Of a DNA stretch of 64,000 bases, positions 37,051 to 46,402 are shown in pieces. Origin of the DNA: a virus (Duplodnaviria > Caudoviricetes); IMG/VR virus record IMGVR_UViG_3300005365_000003, positions 1-64,000 of that record. One strand, given 5' to 3'. The position numbers and the translations under genes were made by a program. The notes beneath the pieces are model-generated. The model was given only the letters and a program-made list of their open reading frames with translations, was not told where the DNA came from and did not search any database. Position 1 is the first letter of the stretch. Every line of letters starts with the position of its first letter.

Positions 37051-37259
37051 AGACAGTCCTGGCACTTCAGGAGAAACACCGGTTGGATCAGGTAATTGTA
37101 GTTTTCAGAAATACTGAAAACAAAGAATTGTATCCGCATTTAAAAACACCATTTTCACAATGGTCATTTATAATAGTTTTGGCATAATCAAAACGTTCTA
37201 TTAGGGGCTCCCAGCCACCACACGTGATGTTTTCTTATTCATAAACGAGCAAACTGTCT
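37051..37259 (+). ncRNA. Second candidate structured element (multi-branch)
   Basis: Closing helix agacagt/actgtct; hairpins 37057-37072, 37101-37121, 37148-37164, 37176-37194. Confidence 0.35.
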
Positions 37260-37336
37260 ATGTTTGTTGTGATAAAAACAAAAAAAAGAAATATTATAAA
37301 TTATTCCTACCTTTGAAGAATTAACGCAAATTCTCA

Positions 37337-39703
37337 ATGGCAGAATATGACAACAAGGCTATAATTGGTTTCCCTGACCCACTAGCTAATCCTGAAGTAA
37401 AAATAAGCTATAAATACGGACTTGCATACGCCAAAGCTATGTGGTCCGCTTACACCAGAAATCAACTATGGTGGAACGGAAGGAAGCAGCGCGATATAAT
37501 CAACAGAAAATACGCTGAAGGGCTAGAATCAATCGAGAAGTATAAGGATAGGCTAGATATGCAGGGAGATACATCATGGCTTAACCTTGATTTCAATCCG
37601 GTAACACGTATAGCTAATTTGGTCGATAATGTCGTAGGAAGGCTTATGGCCCAGGATTACAAAATACAGTGTAATCCTATTGATCCGGCGTCAAGAGCTA
37701 AGATTGACGATGCTAGAGATGCTATGAGGGCTAATATGCTTCTAAAGCCAATAAACGATGTAGTAGAACCACAGACAGGTATTTCGCTTATTCCTAAAGA
37801 TAAACCCATTCCAGAATCAGACGAAGAGGCGGATCTTTTTTTTCAGCTGAATCATAAAGCAGGGGAGTCTATTGCTATGGAAGAGGGGTTGGCAGCGGTG
37901 TTTTACAATACGGAATTTGAAGATACGAAGAGAAAAGTTATACGGGATGCAGTGGTGCTTAAAAAACTTTCTATTCATGTTAAGTACGATGAGAATTACA
38001 ACATCATCCCGGAATACGCCGATCCTGTTGACCTTGTTTATCCTTATTCAAAATATGAAGATTTCAGAAATGTTCCTTATGTAGGGAAAATCACAAAATA
38101 TACCATAGGTCAGCTTGCTCAGATGACAAATGAGTTTGATGAACCTACATTATGGAAGATAGCAAACGAACAGGCCGGTAAGAATAACAATCCTAACTGG
38201 CAATGGGGAAATACGTATGAGGGATATTATTGGGATAACCAGGTATATGCTGGGCGTCCGTATGATGATTTTAATGTAAGCGTGATGGAATTTTATTTTC
38301 TGTGCGCGGATACACAGAAGTATGTTAAGAAAGATACTTCAGGAGATAGGTTCTATTTCGATAAAAAAAATCCTAACTACAAAATAGATAAAAGCAGCAA
38401 TACAGAGGCGAGTAAGAAAAAAGAAATGCTCGAAAGAGCTGTTCAATATTTATATGAAGGGAAATGGGTTATAGGAACTGAATATATGTATGGGTATAAA
38501 AAATGCTCAAATATTCCGCGTGAAAGAAAGCTAGGTGCTTATTCTCCAAAAGCAGAGCTTCCCATCATAATGATTTATCCGGATATTTATGACATGCAGA
38601 ATAAGTCACTCGTAGAACGCCTTATCCCACATGAAGATCAGATAAATCTTATCCATCAGAAGCAGCAGCAGTTTTTGATAAAAGCAAAACCTCCAGGAGT
38701 AAAGATTGATTTAGAGGGAATGGAAAACATCACGGTTGCTATGGGTAGCGGGTCTATGACATCTATCGACATAACGAAGATGTATGAGCAGACGGGTAAT
38801 TATATTTTCAGAAGCAAGGACAAGGCAGGAAACATTATCAATAGCTCTGTTATTGAGCCGCTGGATAATGGAATAGGAAGAGGATTTATGGAACTATTCG
38901 AGGCATACAATCAGGAGCTACAGAAGATGAATGATGTGATCGGGTTTAACTCAGCTACAGATGGTTCCACTCCGGATCCAAAGAGTCTTGTTGGGGTACA
39001 GAAGCTATCGCTAAATGCAACCAATTCAGCGCTGCGTCCACTTAACTTTGCTTATATACGACTTATTGAGAGAGTATCTAAAAGGCTTACTCTCATGATA
39101 CAGGATAGTATTGAATTTGAGAATCAAGCTTTTATTAATTCTATAGGAAATCAAGCAACTAGTCTTATAAAATTAGGGAAGGATATTGCTATGAATGAAT
39201 TTGGTATCAAGGTAGAGTTATTGCCGGATGAGGAAGAGAGAGCGCAAATAAATCAGGATATTTCTATTGCTCTTGCTAATAAAGAGATCACGATGGCAGA
39301 TGCTATAATGGTTCGCCAGGTTCTTAGGCAGAATACCAAACTTGCAGAGCAATTGCTTGTGCTTAGGGAGAAAAAGAATATTGAAAATGCTAAGGCGGAG
39401 GCGGCTAATAACGCTAAGATTAACGGAGAGGAGCAGACTAAGGCGGCTCAGGCAGCAGCAGAGGCAAATACCCAATCTGCTTTAGCTATAGAAGAAGCCA
39501 AGAGAAAGACTATGCAATTTGAATATGAGTTGAAGTCAAAACTTTCAGCACAAGAACATCTGCAAAAAATGCCAGAGATTGAATTAGCTAATCAAGGTAA
39601 AATTGAAATCGCTCATAAGAACGCGGAGGGTGGAATTGTTAAGGCAGGTATTGCAGCACATGCTAGCATGAGTAAGGCAAGTGATAATAAGGAGGCGGCT
39701 TAA
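37337..39703 (+). CDS. Portal protein
   Basis: 788 aa between TerL and scaffold/capsid; crAss-like-type portal features (SWLNLDFNPV, SLVERLIP); TACCTTTG at 37308-37315. Confidence 0.8.
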   Translation: MAEYDNKAIIGFPDPLANPEVKISYKYGLAYAKAMWSAYTRNQLWWNGRKQRDIINRKYAEGLESIEKYKDRLDMQGDTSWLNLDFNPVTRIANLVDNVVGRLMAQDYKIQCNPIDPASRAKIDDARDAMRANMLLKPINDVVEPQTGISLIPKDKPIPESDEEADLFFQLNHKAGESIAMEEGLAAVFYNTEFEDTKRKVIRDAVVLKKLSIHVKYDENYNIIPEYADPVDLVYPYSKYEDFRNVPYVGKITKYTIGQLAQMTNEFDEPTLWKIANEQAGKNNNPNWQWGNTYEGYYWDNQVYAGRPYDDFNVSVMEFYFLCADTQKYVKKDTSGDRFYFDKKNPNYKIDKSSNTEASKKKEMLERAVQYLYEGKWVIGTEYMYGYKKCSNIPRERKLGAYSPKAELPIIMIYPDIYDMQNKSLVERLIPHEDQINLIHQKQQQFLIKAKPPGVKIDLEGMENITVAMGSGSMTSIDITKMYEQTGNYIFRSKDKAGNIINSSVIEPLDNGIGRGFMELFEAYNQELQKMNDVIGFNSATDGSTPDPKSLVGVQKLSLNATNSALRPLNFAYIRLIERVSKRLTLMIQDSIEFENQAFINSIGNQATSLIKLGKDIAMNEFGIKVELLPDEEERAQINQDISIALANKEITMADAIMVRQVLRQNTKLAEQLLVLREKKNIENAKAEAANNAKINGEEQTKAAQAAAEANTQSALAIEEAKRKTMQFEYELKSKLSAQEHLQKMPEIELANQGKIEIAHKNAEGGIVKAGIAAHASMSKASDNKEAA

Positions 39704-39706
39704 TCT

Positions 39707-39991
39707 TCAACTTTTTTTAGATGCCCACTTATTATAAGTATCAGCGTACTCATCCATAGTTTTTCCTTCTTTTATAACCAAGCCTACAGGAGTATCTTTG
39801 TCAACCTTTATTTTTCCATCTTCAAAGACAAAATATTCTTCTTGTATTGCCTTTAATTCTCGTTTAAATATCCTTATTAGCCCTTCGTATTTTTTATAAA
39901 ACCTATCTATCTTGCCTCTGTTGAGGTAAATATTTCCAACACTCATTTGAGAGAAATCCTTGTCGAGTGTTAGGATGTAGTTTTTTGTCAT
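39707..39991 (-). CDS. Hypothetical protein
   Basis: Antisense cassette gene. Confidence 0.55.
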   Translation of the reverse strand: MTKNYILTLDKDFSQMSVGNIYLNRGKIDRFYKKYEGLIRIFKRELKAIQEEYFVFEDGKIKVDKDTPVGLVIKEGKTMDEYADTYNKWASKKS

Positions 39992-40263
39992 TTTACAAGT
40001 TGTGTTAATGGAACATCAAGCGCTATAGCTATACGGCCAAGAACATTAGTCGTAAGTCCATTTTTGTTGTATTTATTTTTAAACATTCGATAAACATGTG
40101 TTGGTTCGGAGTCTATCCTTTTAGCTAATTCAGCTTTTAGAATATTTTTATTTTTCATTTCATCTTCTATATTTTGAAGAATCCTTTCAGTGTTATCTCT
40201 TAATGCTTTTGATATTTGTGGTCGTGTTAAATACTGCGGCTTGTTAAATTCTTGTTCTTTCAT
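39988..40263 (-). CDS. XRE HTH regulator
   Basis: EMKNKNILKAELAKRIDSEPTHVYRMF..TNVLGRIAIALDVPLTQLV. Confidence 0.8.
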   Translation of the reverse strand: MKEQEFNKPQYLTRPQISKALRDNTERILQNIEDEMKNKNILKAELAKRIDSEPTHVYRMFKNKYNKNGLTTNVLGRIAIALDVPLTQLVK

Positions 40264-40700
40264 ATAATTTGTATTTGTTGCATTATTTTTTTTAGTTCTG
40301 ATTTATTTTTTATGGTTCCATTGAAATAGTCTACTCCGTCAGGCATATCTTTTCCATCAAATATTACATACTTATCGCGTGATTTGTATAGATAAAAAGT
40401 TAAATTAACATGTTTATAACAAGCCATATTCCCGTGCATAAATATTAATGATGTCTCTTTCCATCCCAAATTATTAATATCTTCCTCGTCCAAATATTTT
40501 ACACGAATTTTATTCAGATCTAACGAAAATAAATATCCGTTAATTTTTATAGGATGTTGGCCTATTTGTTTTTCCGTCCAAACACATCTTTCTGGAGAAT
40601 TTTTTTTAATCCAATATCCGCCAGTGTGTTGCTCTTCATACTCAAATCCTACATGGAACTCATCCAATGATGGGGTATAATATTTTTGTTCTGAATCCAT
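40260..40700 (-). CDS. Hypothetical protein (start revised to 40700, MDSEQKYYTP)
   Basis: YYTPSLDEFHVGFEYE..IRVKYLD..IKNKSELKKIMQQI; minus-strand TATATTTG at 40708-40715. Confidence 0.7.
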   Translation of the reverse strand: MDSEQKYYTPSLDEFHVGFEYEEQHTGGYWIKKNSPERCVWTEKQIGQHPIKINGYLFSLDLNKIRVKYLDEEDINNLGWKETSLIFMHGNMACYKHVNLTFYLYKSRDKYVIFDGKDMPDGVDYFNGTIKNKSELKKIMQQIQII

Positions 40701-40804
40701 TATAATGCAAATATAGCACAATAACCGTAAGAACAAACTAGGTCGTAGATAATATTATTAACCAACCTAACTTTGTATTACTAACTAATTTAATTCAATT
40801 TAAC

Positions 40805-41971
40805 ATGGCAACCAACGACAATGATTTATTTAAAGAAGGACTTAGTAAGCACTTTGCAACACAAGAAATAAAAACAGAAGCTGCTCCTGAGACAGAATTT
40901 TTAGAAGCTCAGAAGCAACCAGTCGCGGTCGCCCAAGATAAAAAAATAGAAAATAAAGCTGAAACGTCGCCAAATGCGGCGGAGAAGCCTGAAGATAAAG
41001 TTGTTCTTTCTAATACTAATACAGAAACTCCGGAAACCAAATCACCGGAAGAAAAAGCTTCAGAACCTGTCAAAGAAGTCAAAATTCCAACACTTGAAGA
41101 ACTCATTGCAGAGCGCACGGAGGGAAAAATCAAGAGCTGGGACGAGATAGAAGCTAAGCTTAATGAGCCAAAACTTGAATTTGCTGATGAGCAGGTTCAA
41201 AAAATCAATGACTACATTAAGAATGGCGGTAAAATTGACAAAAACTGGCTTTACTTCCAAAGTACCGATTTTGAAAAGATTTCTGATCCATTTGAGCTTA
41301 TTTCAGAGGCTATGCGCCTTGATGAACCGGGCATAACGGATAAGGAAATTGAGTATCGAATCAAAAATGATTACAAAACTGATGATTGGTCTGATGCAGA
41401 AGGTGAGACAACTGAAGTAGAAGAGGTTATGTCGGCCAAGATGCTTAGAGAAGCAGAAAAGGCTAAGACTAAACTTAAAGAATTTCAGCAAAAATCATCA
41501 TTCGCTCCAGGACAGAAATCAGAAGTCGATTTGAAAAGAGAGGCTAAAATCAAAGAAGATGCTCAAAAAAATTGGGAAAAATCGGTTGACGAAGGAGTTA
41601 AAGGTTTTGACAAAGTTCCTGTAAAAATTGATGAAAAAGAGGTTTTTGATGTCATAGTATCAGAAGATGAGCGTAAGCCGATCAATGATATGGTCAAAAA
41701 AATGGGTTCCGAAGGATTGAATGTACTTCTGCCTAAGTTCATGGATTCAAAAGGTAATATTGATGTAAAATTATTGTTTAATTACATCTATAAAGCAGAA
41801 ACCTATGATAATGCGGTAAAAGCAGCATTAGTCCAGGGGAAAGCCAAAGGGGCATATAAAGAAGTAAAAGAGCTAAAAAACATCAATTTCACAACAGATG
41901 GACAAACATCAGCGCCAGAGCACAAAACTGTAAAAGTACAAGTAGGGGAGCAGCTTTTAGGTATCAAATAG
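40805..41971 (+). CDS. Putative capsid scaffolding protein
   Basis: Acidic coiled-coil protein directly upstream of MCP; TAACTTTG at 40768-40775. Confidence 0.65.
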   Translation: MATNDNDLFKEGLSKHFATQEIKTEAAPETEFLEAQKQPVAVAQDKKIENKAETSPNAAEKPEDKVVLSNTNTETPETKSPEEKASEPVKEVKIPTLEELIAERTEGKIKSWDEIEAKLNEPKLEFADEQVQKINDYIKNGGKIDKNWLYFQSTDFEKISDPFELISEAMRLDEPGITDKEIEYRIKNDYKTDDWSDAEGETTEVEEVMSAKMLREAEKAKTKLKEFQQKSSFAPGQKSEVDLKREAKIKEDAQKNWEKSVDEGVKGFDKVPVKIDEKEVFDVIVSEDERKPINDMVKKMGSEGLNVLLPKFMDSKGNIDVKLLFNYIYKAETYDNAVKAALVQGKAKGAYKEVKELKNINFTTDGQTSAPEHKTVKVQVGEQLLGIK

Positions 41972-42004
41972 TAAAACTAACGATTATTAACACAAGAAAA
42001 TAAC

Positions 42005-43471
42005 ATGCCAAATATTCCAAGTCTATTACAAGCCCCAACCAATCATAATTGGATGAGTTCTCAGTTCGCTGTAGCAAGCGCGCTGGATGCGGCACTATTA
42101 AAACCAAGCGTTGATACAGAGTTTATCAGACGTTATGGCGATCAGAACATGACTGGCTTCATGGAAATGCAGGGAGCAATGAATCCTGTATCAGCGCTTC
42201 AATATATCCACTTTGAAGAAGATTGGTTGCATACAATTGTAAAGGTTGTCGGACAAGCTGCCGGCGCAGCAAATGCTTCTGTGACATTCACGCTAGCTAC
42301 TTCCCCAGCATACACATACACTTATCCTACGACCGCGCAGGCTCCTTATATTTCTATTGGGCCGTCATCTACCGGCGCAACCACTAACCCGGTTCTGGTA
42401 AATGATATTATTGAGTTTCCAAATGGTATCCAGGGCCGCGTAACTGCTGTAACTACAACAACTTTTGACATATCTCCTATTCAGCTTGGAGACGCGATCC
42501 CAGCCACTACAACAAACGTATCGGAACTTATTATTATCGGTAACTCGTTTGGTGAAGGAACAGATCAGCCGCTGTCAAGAAACAGCCGCGCGTTGAAATA
42601 TACCAATAACCTTCAGATCTTCAAACGTACGCATACCACTACTGGTTCTGCTATGGGAGAACAAATCTGGTTCAAGGTTGATGGTATCAATGGCACTTCC
42701 GGGTATTTGTGGTACTACAAAGGTCAGCTTGATGAGTTCAAGAGAATGAAAAATGAGCGCGAAGTATCGCTGCTTGTTGGTCAAAAAACAACCAACACTA
42801 CTCTTGCCAATCTTGCTTCTCCTGATGAAAGCACAAACATCACTACAGAGGGCCTGATTCCGTTCATCACAAACAACGGCAACATCACCACATATTCTCT
42901 TATCAGTGGTATCCTGCTTTCTGACTTCGAAACAATGATCGCCACACAGCTGGATAAATACCGTGGTGCTAAGGAAAACACTTTATGGTGCGGTATCAAC
43001 CTTTCGCAAGGTATCGATCGCTTCATGAGGGCTGAAATGAAAAACGGAGCCATCTCTTACGGAGCATTCCAGGGATCAAAAGAAAAGGCTATAAGTTTCA
43101 ATTTTGCTTCTTTTGAACTTACCGGGTACACTTTCCATAAGAAGACTTATGATGTGTTCAATTATCCACAAATGTTAGGAGCTGCCGGTCATGGTTATGT
43201 TAACCTGGGCCTTGTTTGTCCTGCGGATAATGTTGTGATGTCGCTTGGACCTGAAAAAACCAAGACTACTGTTCCTTCTATGCGTATCAATTATCTTTCT
43301 CAAACTGGCGGAGCCGGAGGAAGCTACAAACGTGATTGGGAAGAATTTATGACAGGTGGTGCTAATGGAACCTATACTAATCAATCCGATAAGGTTGATT
43401 ACAACATGAGAAGTCATGTGGGACTCGAAGCGTTTGCTGGCAACAGGTGGATTAAGATAGTTGGCGCATAA
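42005..43471 (+). CDS. Major capsid protein
   Basis: 488 aa after scaffold; YTNNLQIFKRT..TGSA, RYGDQ; followed by strong terminator. Confidence 0.8.
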   Translation: MPNIPSLLQAPTNHNWMSSQFAVASALDAALLKPSVDTEFIRRYGDQNMTGFMEMQGAMNPVSALQYIHFEEDWLHTIVKVVGQAAGAANASVTFTLATSPAYTYTYPTTAQAPYISIGPSSTGATTNPVLVNDIIEFPNGIQGRVTAVTTTTFDISPIQLGDAIPATTTNVSELIIIGNSFGEGTDQPLSRNSRALKYTNNLQIFKRTHTTTGSAMGEQIWFKVDGINGTSGYLWYYKGQLDEFKRMKNEREVSLLVGQKTTNTTLANLASPDESTNITTEGLIPFITNNGNITTYSLISGILLSDFETMIATQLDKYRGAKENTLWCGINLSQGIDRFMRAEMKNGAISYGAFQGSKEKAISFNFASFELTGYTFHKKTYDVFNYPQMLGAAGHGYVNLGLVCPADNVVMSLGPEKTKTTVPSMRINYLSQTGGAGGSYKRDWEEFMTGGANGTYTNQSDKVDYNMRSHVGLEAFAGNRWIKIVGA

Positions 43472-43483
43472 TCAATTAGTTAC

Positions 43484-43520
43484 ATGCTGTAGTTGAATTA
43501 AAAACTCAACTACAGCATTT
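43484..43520 (+). terminator. Intrinsic terminator after MCP
   Basis: atgctgtagttga-attaaaaac-tcaactacagcat-tt (13-bp stem). Confidence 0.85.
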
Positions 43521-43564
43521 GTAATTTAAAATTAAATAATCATCATAATTAAATTAAATTTAAA

Positions 43565-44707
43565 ATGGAAACTACACTTGCAGAAGAAAAAAGGCGCTAC
43601 GGAACAATCCAGGATTTTAATCTTAAAACATCAAATCACTGGGAAAAATTGTACGTGTTCGTATTGAAATGTCAAAACGCTACTCCATCAGTTGAGGGGC
43701 GACATTATCCAAATAATTATTCCCTTAAATTGGAAGGAAAAATATTTGACAGACACGCTAAAGATAAAAACGGAAAAGTATCTCCACGTACAAGAACCAT
43801 AAGAGTTGTGCAGGGAGAGGTTAGTATATACAAAGATGAACAAACAGAAGACGGTCAGAAGCTTGAGCCAATCCGGGTAGAATTTTCTAAGGATGGCGTT
43901 AAGATAGTTGAAGCCAGGGAAGAACTGGTACTTGAATATATGCTTCGATCAAATCTTAATGAAACAAATCCAGAAAGAGATGTAAATGTTCGCCCTATTT
44001 ATGGTCTTCTTGATTTGAAAACAGGTCTTCAAAATGAGATGGAAAAAGACATGAATGAATCGAAAGCGGCAAACTGGTGTCATACAATAGATTTTAAGTA
44101 TCTAATTCGTTATGCAAGAGTTCTTGGAGTTGATACAACAAAAGATCCGGATGAGATTCGTTACGCTATGAGATATTTAGCCAAACTTGATCCAAAGAAG
44201 TTCAATAATGGCCTTGAAAATAAGCTAACACTTCGCAAGTTTGATGTACTTCAGGCTAGTGATGATGGGCTTGTTAAGATTGATTTGAGGTCAAATGCTA
44301 TTTATTGGGAGAATGGAAATCTGATTACACATGCTCCGATAGGAAAGAGTCCGGTGGATCACTTTGTTGATCTCAGCATGTCGGATTCGGCAATGGATCT
44401 TGCTTACCGAACTATGGCGCAACAGGTTAATGCAAACAATGAGGACATAAAGGTTGAAATTCCTGTTGCTAAAGTTAATATTTCTGCGCAACCTCAAGCC
44501 GGGACAACAGCCATAGCTGTTGATGTAAATACTCCTCTGGCTGATCTGGTTGATGCAGCTATAAAATCAGGAGTGGCAGTTTATCAGAAGCCGTGGATCA
44601 TGTATAATGGAAAAAAGTTTATGGGCAAGAATAAATTTGCTGTTGCTTTAGAGAATGATGCTTTACTGAAAGATGCTCTAATAAAAGCATGTTCGGCAGG
44701 AAAGTAA
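43565..44707 (+). CDS. Conserved post-capsid hypothetical protein
   Basis: IRVVQGEVSIYKDEQ..LVLEYMLRSNLN; position after MCP. Confidence 0.7.
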   Translation: METTLAEEKRRYGTIQDFNLKTSNHWEKLYVFVLKCQNATPSVEGRHYPNNYSLKLEGKIFDRHAKDKNGKVSPRTRTIRVVQGEVSIYKDEQTEDGQKLEPIRVEFSKDGVKIVEAREELVLEYMLRSNLNETNPERDVNVRPIYGLLDLKTGLQNEMEKDMNESKAANWCHTIDFKYLIRYARVLGVDTTKDPDEIRYAMRYLAKLDPKKFNNGLENKLTLRKFDVLQASDDGLVKIDLRSNAIYWENGNLITHAPIGKSPVDHFVDLSMSDSAMDLAYRTMAQQVNANNEDIKVEIPVAKVNISAQPQAGTTAIAVDVNTPLADLVDAAIKSGVAVYQKPWIMYNGKKFMGKNKFAVALENDALLKDALIKACSAGK

Positions 44708-44728
44708 TTTTTTTATAGTAGCATTTAT

Positions 44729-44773
44729 AAAAGCCCATTGTAGTGAATTGATAAGTTTTCTATAATGGGCTTT
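44729..44773 (+). terminator. Intrinsic terminator
   Basis: aaagcccattgtag..ctataatgggcttt. Confidence 0.75.
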
Positions 44774-44820
44774 ATTTATATATAAAAAAGAAATACCTTT
44801 ACGCTGTAAAAAAAATAAAA

Positions 44821-46401
44821 ATGCCTACCATCCTCACTACCCCAAGCTGGACCACCACATTCGATCTTACAACAAATCCAAAAACTTTTCTTTTTACCGA
44901 TACAACAAATTATGCAGCTGCCGGCATCCCGCTTACTGGCGTGAAGGGTAATTTTAATATAATCTCTCCTTCAGGTGTAATTATATGGAACAACACTCAA
45001 TACGATTCAAATGCGGATATCGTTGCCAATGTTAGTGTAAATAATGACTCTATCCCGCTTCCAAACCTTGCAAATCAAGCTCCAGAACAAGGAGTTTATA
45101 CTATAGCTTACAGTGTAGAGATAACAGACGGTGTTAATCCTGTTTATTTCATAGGAGATACTGAGACATATAATTTTGTCTACACATCTCCTGTTGTTTG
45201 TATTGTTCCACAAGTAGATTGTATTTCTCCTTTGTTTACGGCAGCAGACACAACTAATTACACCGTAAATTCAGTTACACCAACTATTACAAGGGAATTT
45301 ATACTTACTTATCCAACCGGATCAGGAGGCACGCCAATAATAAATAACACTTCTGCAACAATAACTACATCCACTTTCTACAATGGATTACAGGTACTCA
45401 CTGTTGATAGCGACTTGAGTTTTGAATATTCAAATTTCTTTGTTTCCGATAATGTTGTTGGAACAAAATCACAGAATGTAGATTGTTCGTTTTTTTGTGA
45501 ATTATATTGCTGCTTAAAATCTCTTAATGGTCGGATGGACTTGGCAATGGGAGTGAATGATGTTCTGTTTGAACAGTTGAGCGAGCAGTTTCAACTTGTA
45601 ATGGCAAAAGTACAACTATTATTAAGTTCTATAGATTGCGGAAAGCAAAATGATGCCAATATTTATATAGCACAAATAAAAATACTTGCAAACTGTACGA
45701 ACGATTGTACTTGCACAGACGGAACCCCATCACTTGTGACAGGCATAGGTGGAATAAATAATGTAAATGTAGTGGTAGTATCAGGCGGCGCGCCAATAAC
45801 TGTTACTCCTGTTACGGTAAGCGGAATAACTACTTATACAATATCCTTCGATCAAGTGCTAGTTACGAAAATAAACAACAGCTATAATACTGTAGTTACA
45901 AATACAGACGGAACTATAACTGTTCAGGATAGCGGTATAATATCAGATGCTAGAACTTTTGAAATCTCCGCTAATTATGTTGAATACAACAGACTTGAGT
46001 TCACTGCGCGTATTCAGTATTCTGTGCCAGGAGCTCCTGTGTGTACAATAACCGTAGGTAATACTCTTGTCAGCGGGGCAAATATGGATTCGCCAGCTGT
46101 AGTTACGAATGCTACAATAGGATTAAGTAATGGTAAATTTTTTAATAACCTATTTACTGTTTCCGGATTTATGGTTACTCCGGCTAACGATTATAAAGTA
46201 GATATTGAAGCGGTTCTTCTTGGCCTTAATCCTGCGGCAACCAATATGTATAATCTGCCGAAACAATTACTTTGTGAAGTTCTTGACCAGGCATCTGGAA
46301 CATTTAACTTCAGATTCACAGATGTAAATGGAATGCCTCTAACAAACGATTACATGACAACTACAACAGATATTAAAGTAAACATTAAAATCTCAGAATA
46401 A
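44821..46401 (+). CDS. Virion structural protein (tail/fibre-associated)
   Basis: T/N/S-rich beta protein with a Cys-rich internal segment. Confidence 0.6.
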   Translation: MPTILTTPSWTTTFDLTTNPKTFLFTDTTNYAAAGIPLTGVKGNFNIISPSGVIIWNNTQYDSNADIVANVSVNNDSIPLPNLANQAPEQGVYTIAYSVEITDGVNPVYFIGDTETYNFVYTSPVVCIVPQVDCISPLFTAADTTNYTVNSVTPTITREFILTYPTGSGGTPIINNTSATITTSTFYNGLQVLTVDSDLSFEYSNFFVSDNVVGTKSQNVDCSFFCELYCCLKSLNGRMDLAMGVNDVLFEQLSEQFQLVMAKVQLLLSSIDCGKQNDANIYIAQIKILANCTNDCTCTDGTPSLVTGIGGINNVNVVVVSGGAPITVTPVTVSGITTYTISFDQVLVTKINNSYNTVVTNTDGTITVQDSGIISDARTFEISANYVEYNRLEFTARIQYSVPGAPVCTITVGNTLVSGANMDSPAVVTNATIGLSNGKFFNNLFTVSGFMVTPANDYKVDIEAVLLGLNPAATNMYNLPKQLLCEVLDQASGTFNFRFTDVNGMPLTNDYMTTTTDIKVNIKISE

Positions 46402-46402
46402 C

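Noticed and set aside
37040-37260. Degraded minus-strand gene between terL and portal
   Set aside because: All three minus frames have stops within about 50 codons and no recognisable motif
42005-43520. Programmed frameshift or read-through extension of the major capsid protein
   Set aside because: No slippery heptamer near the stop, and a strong terminator follows immediately
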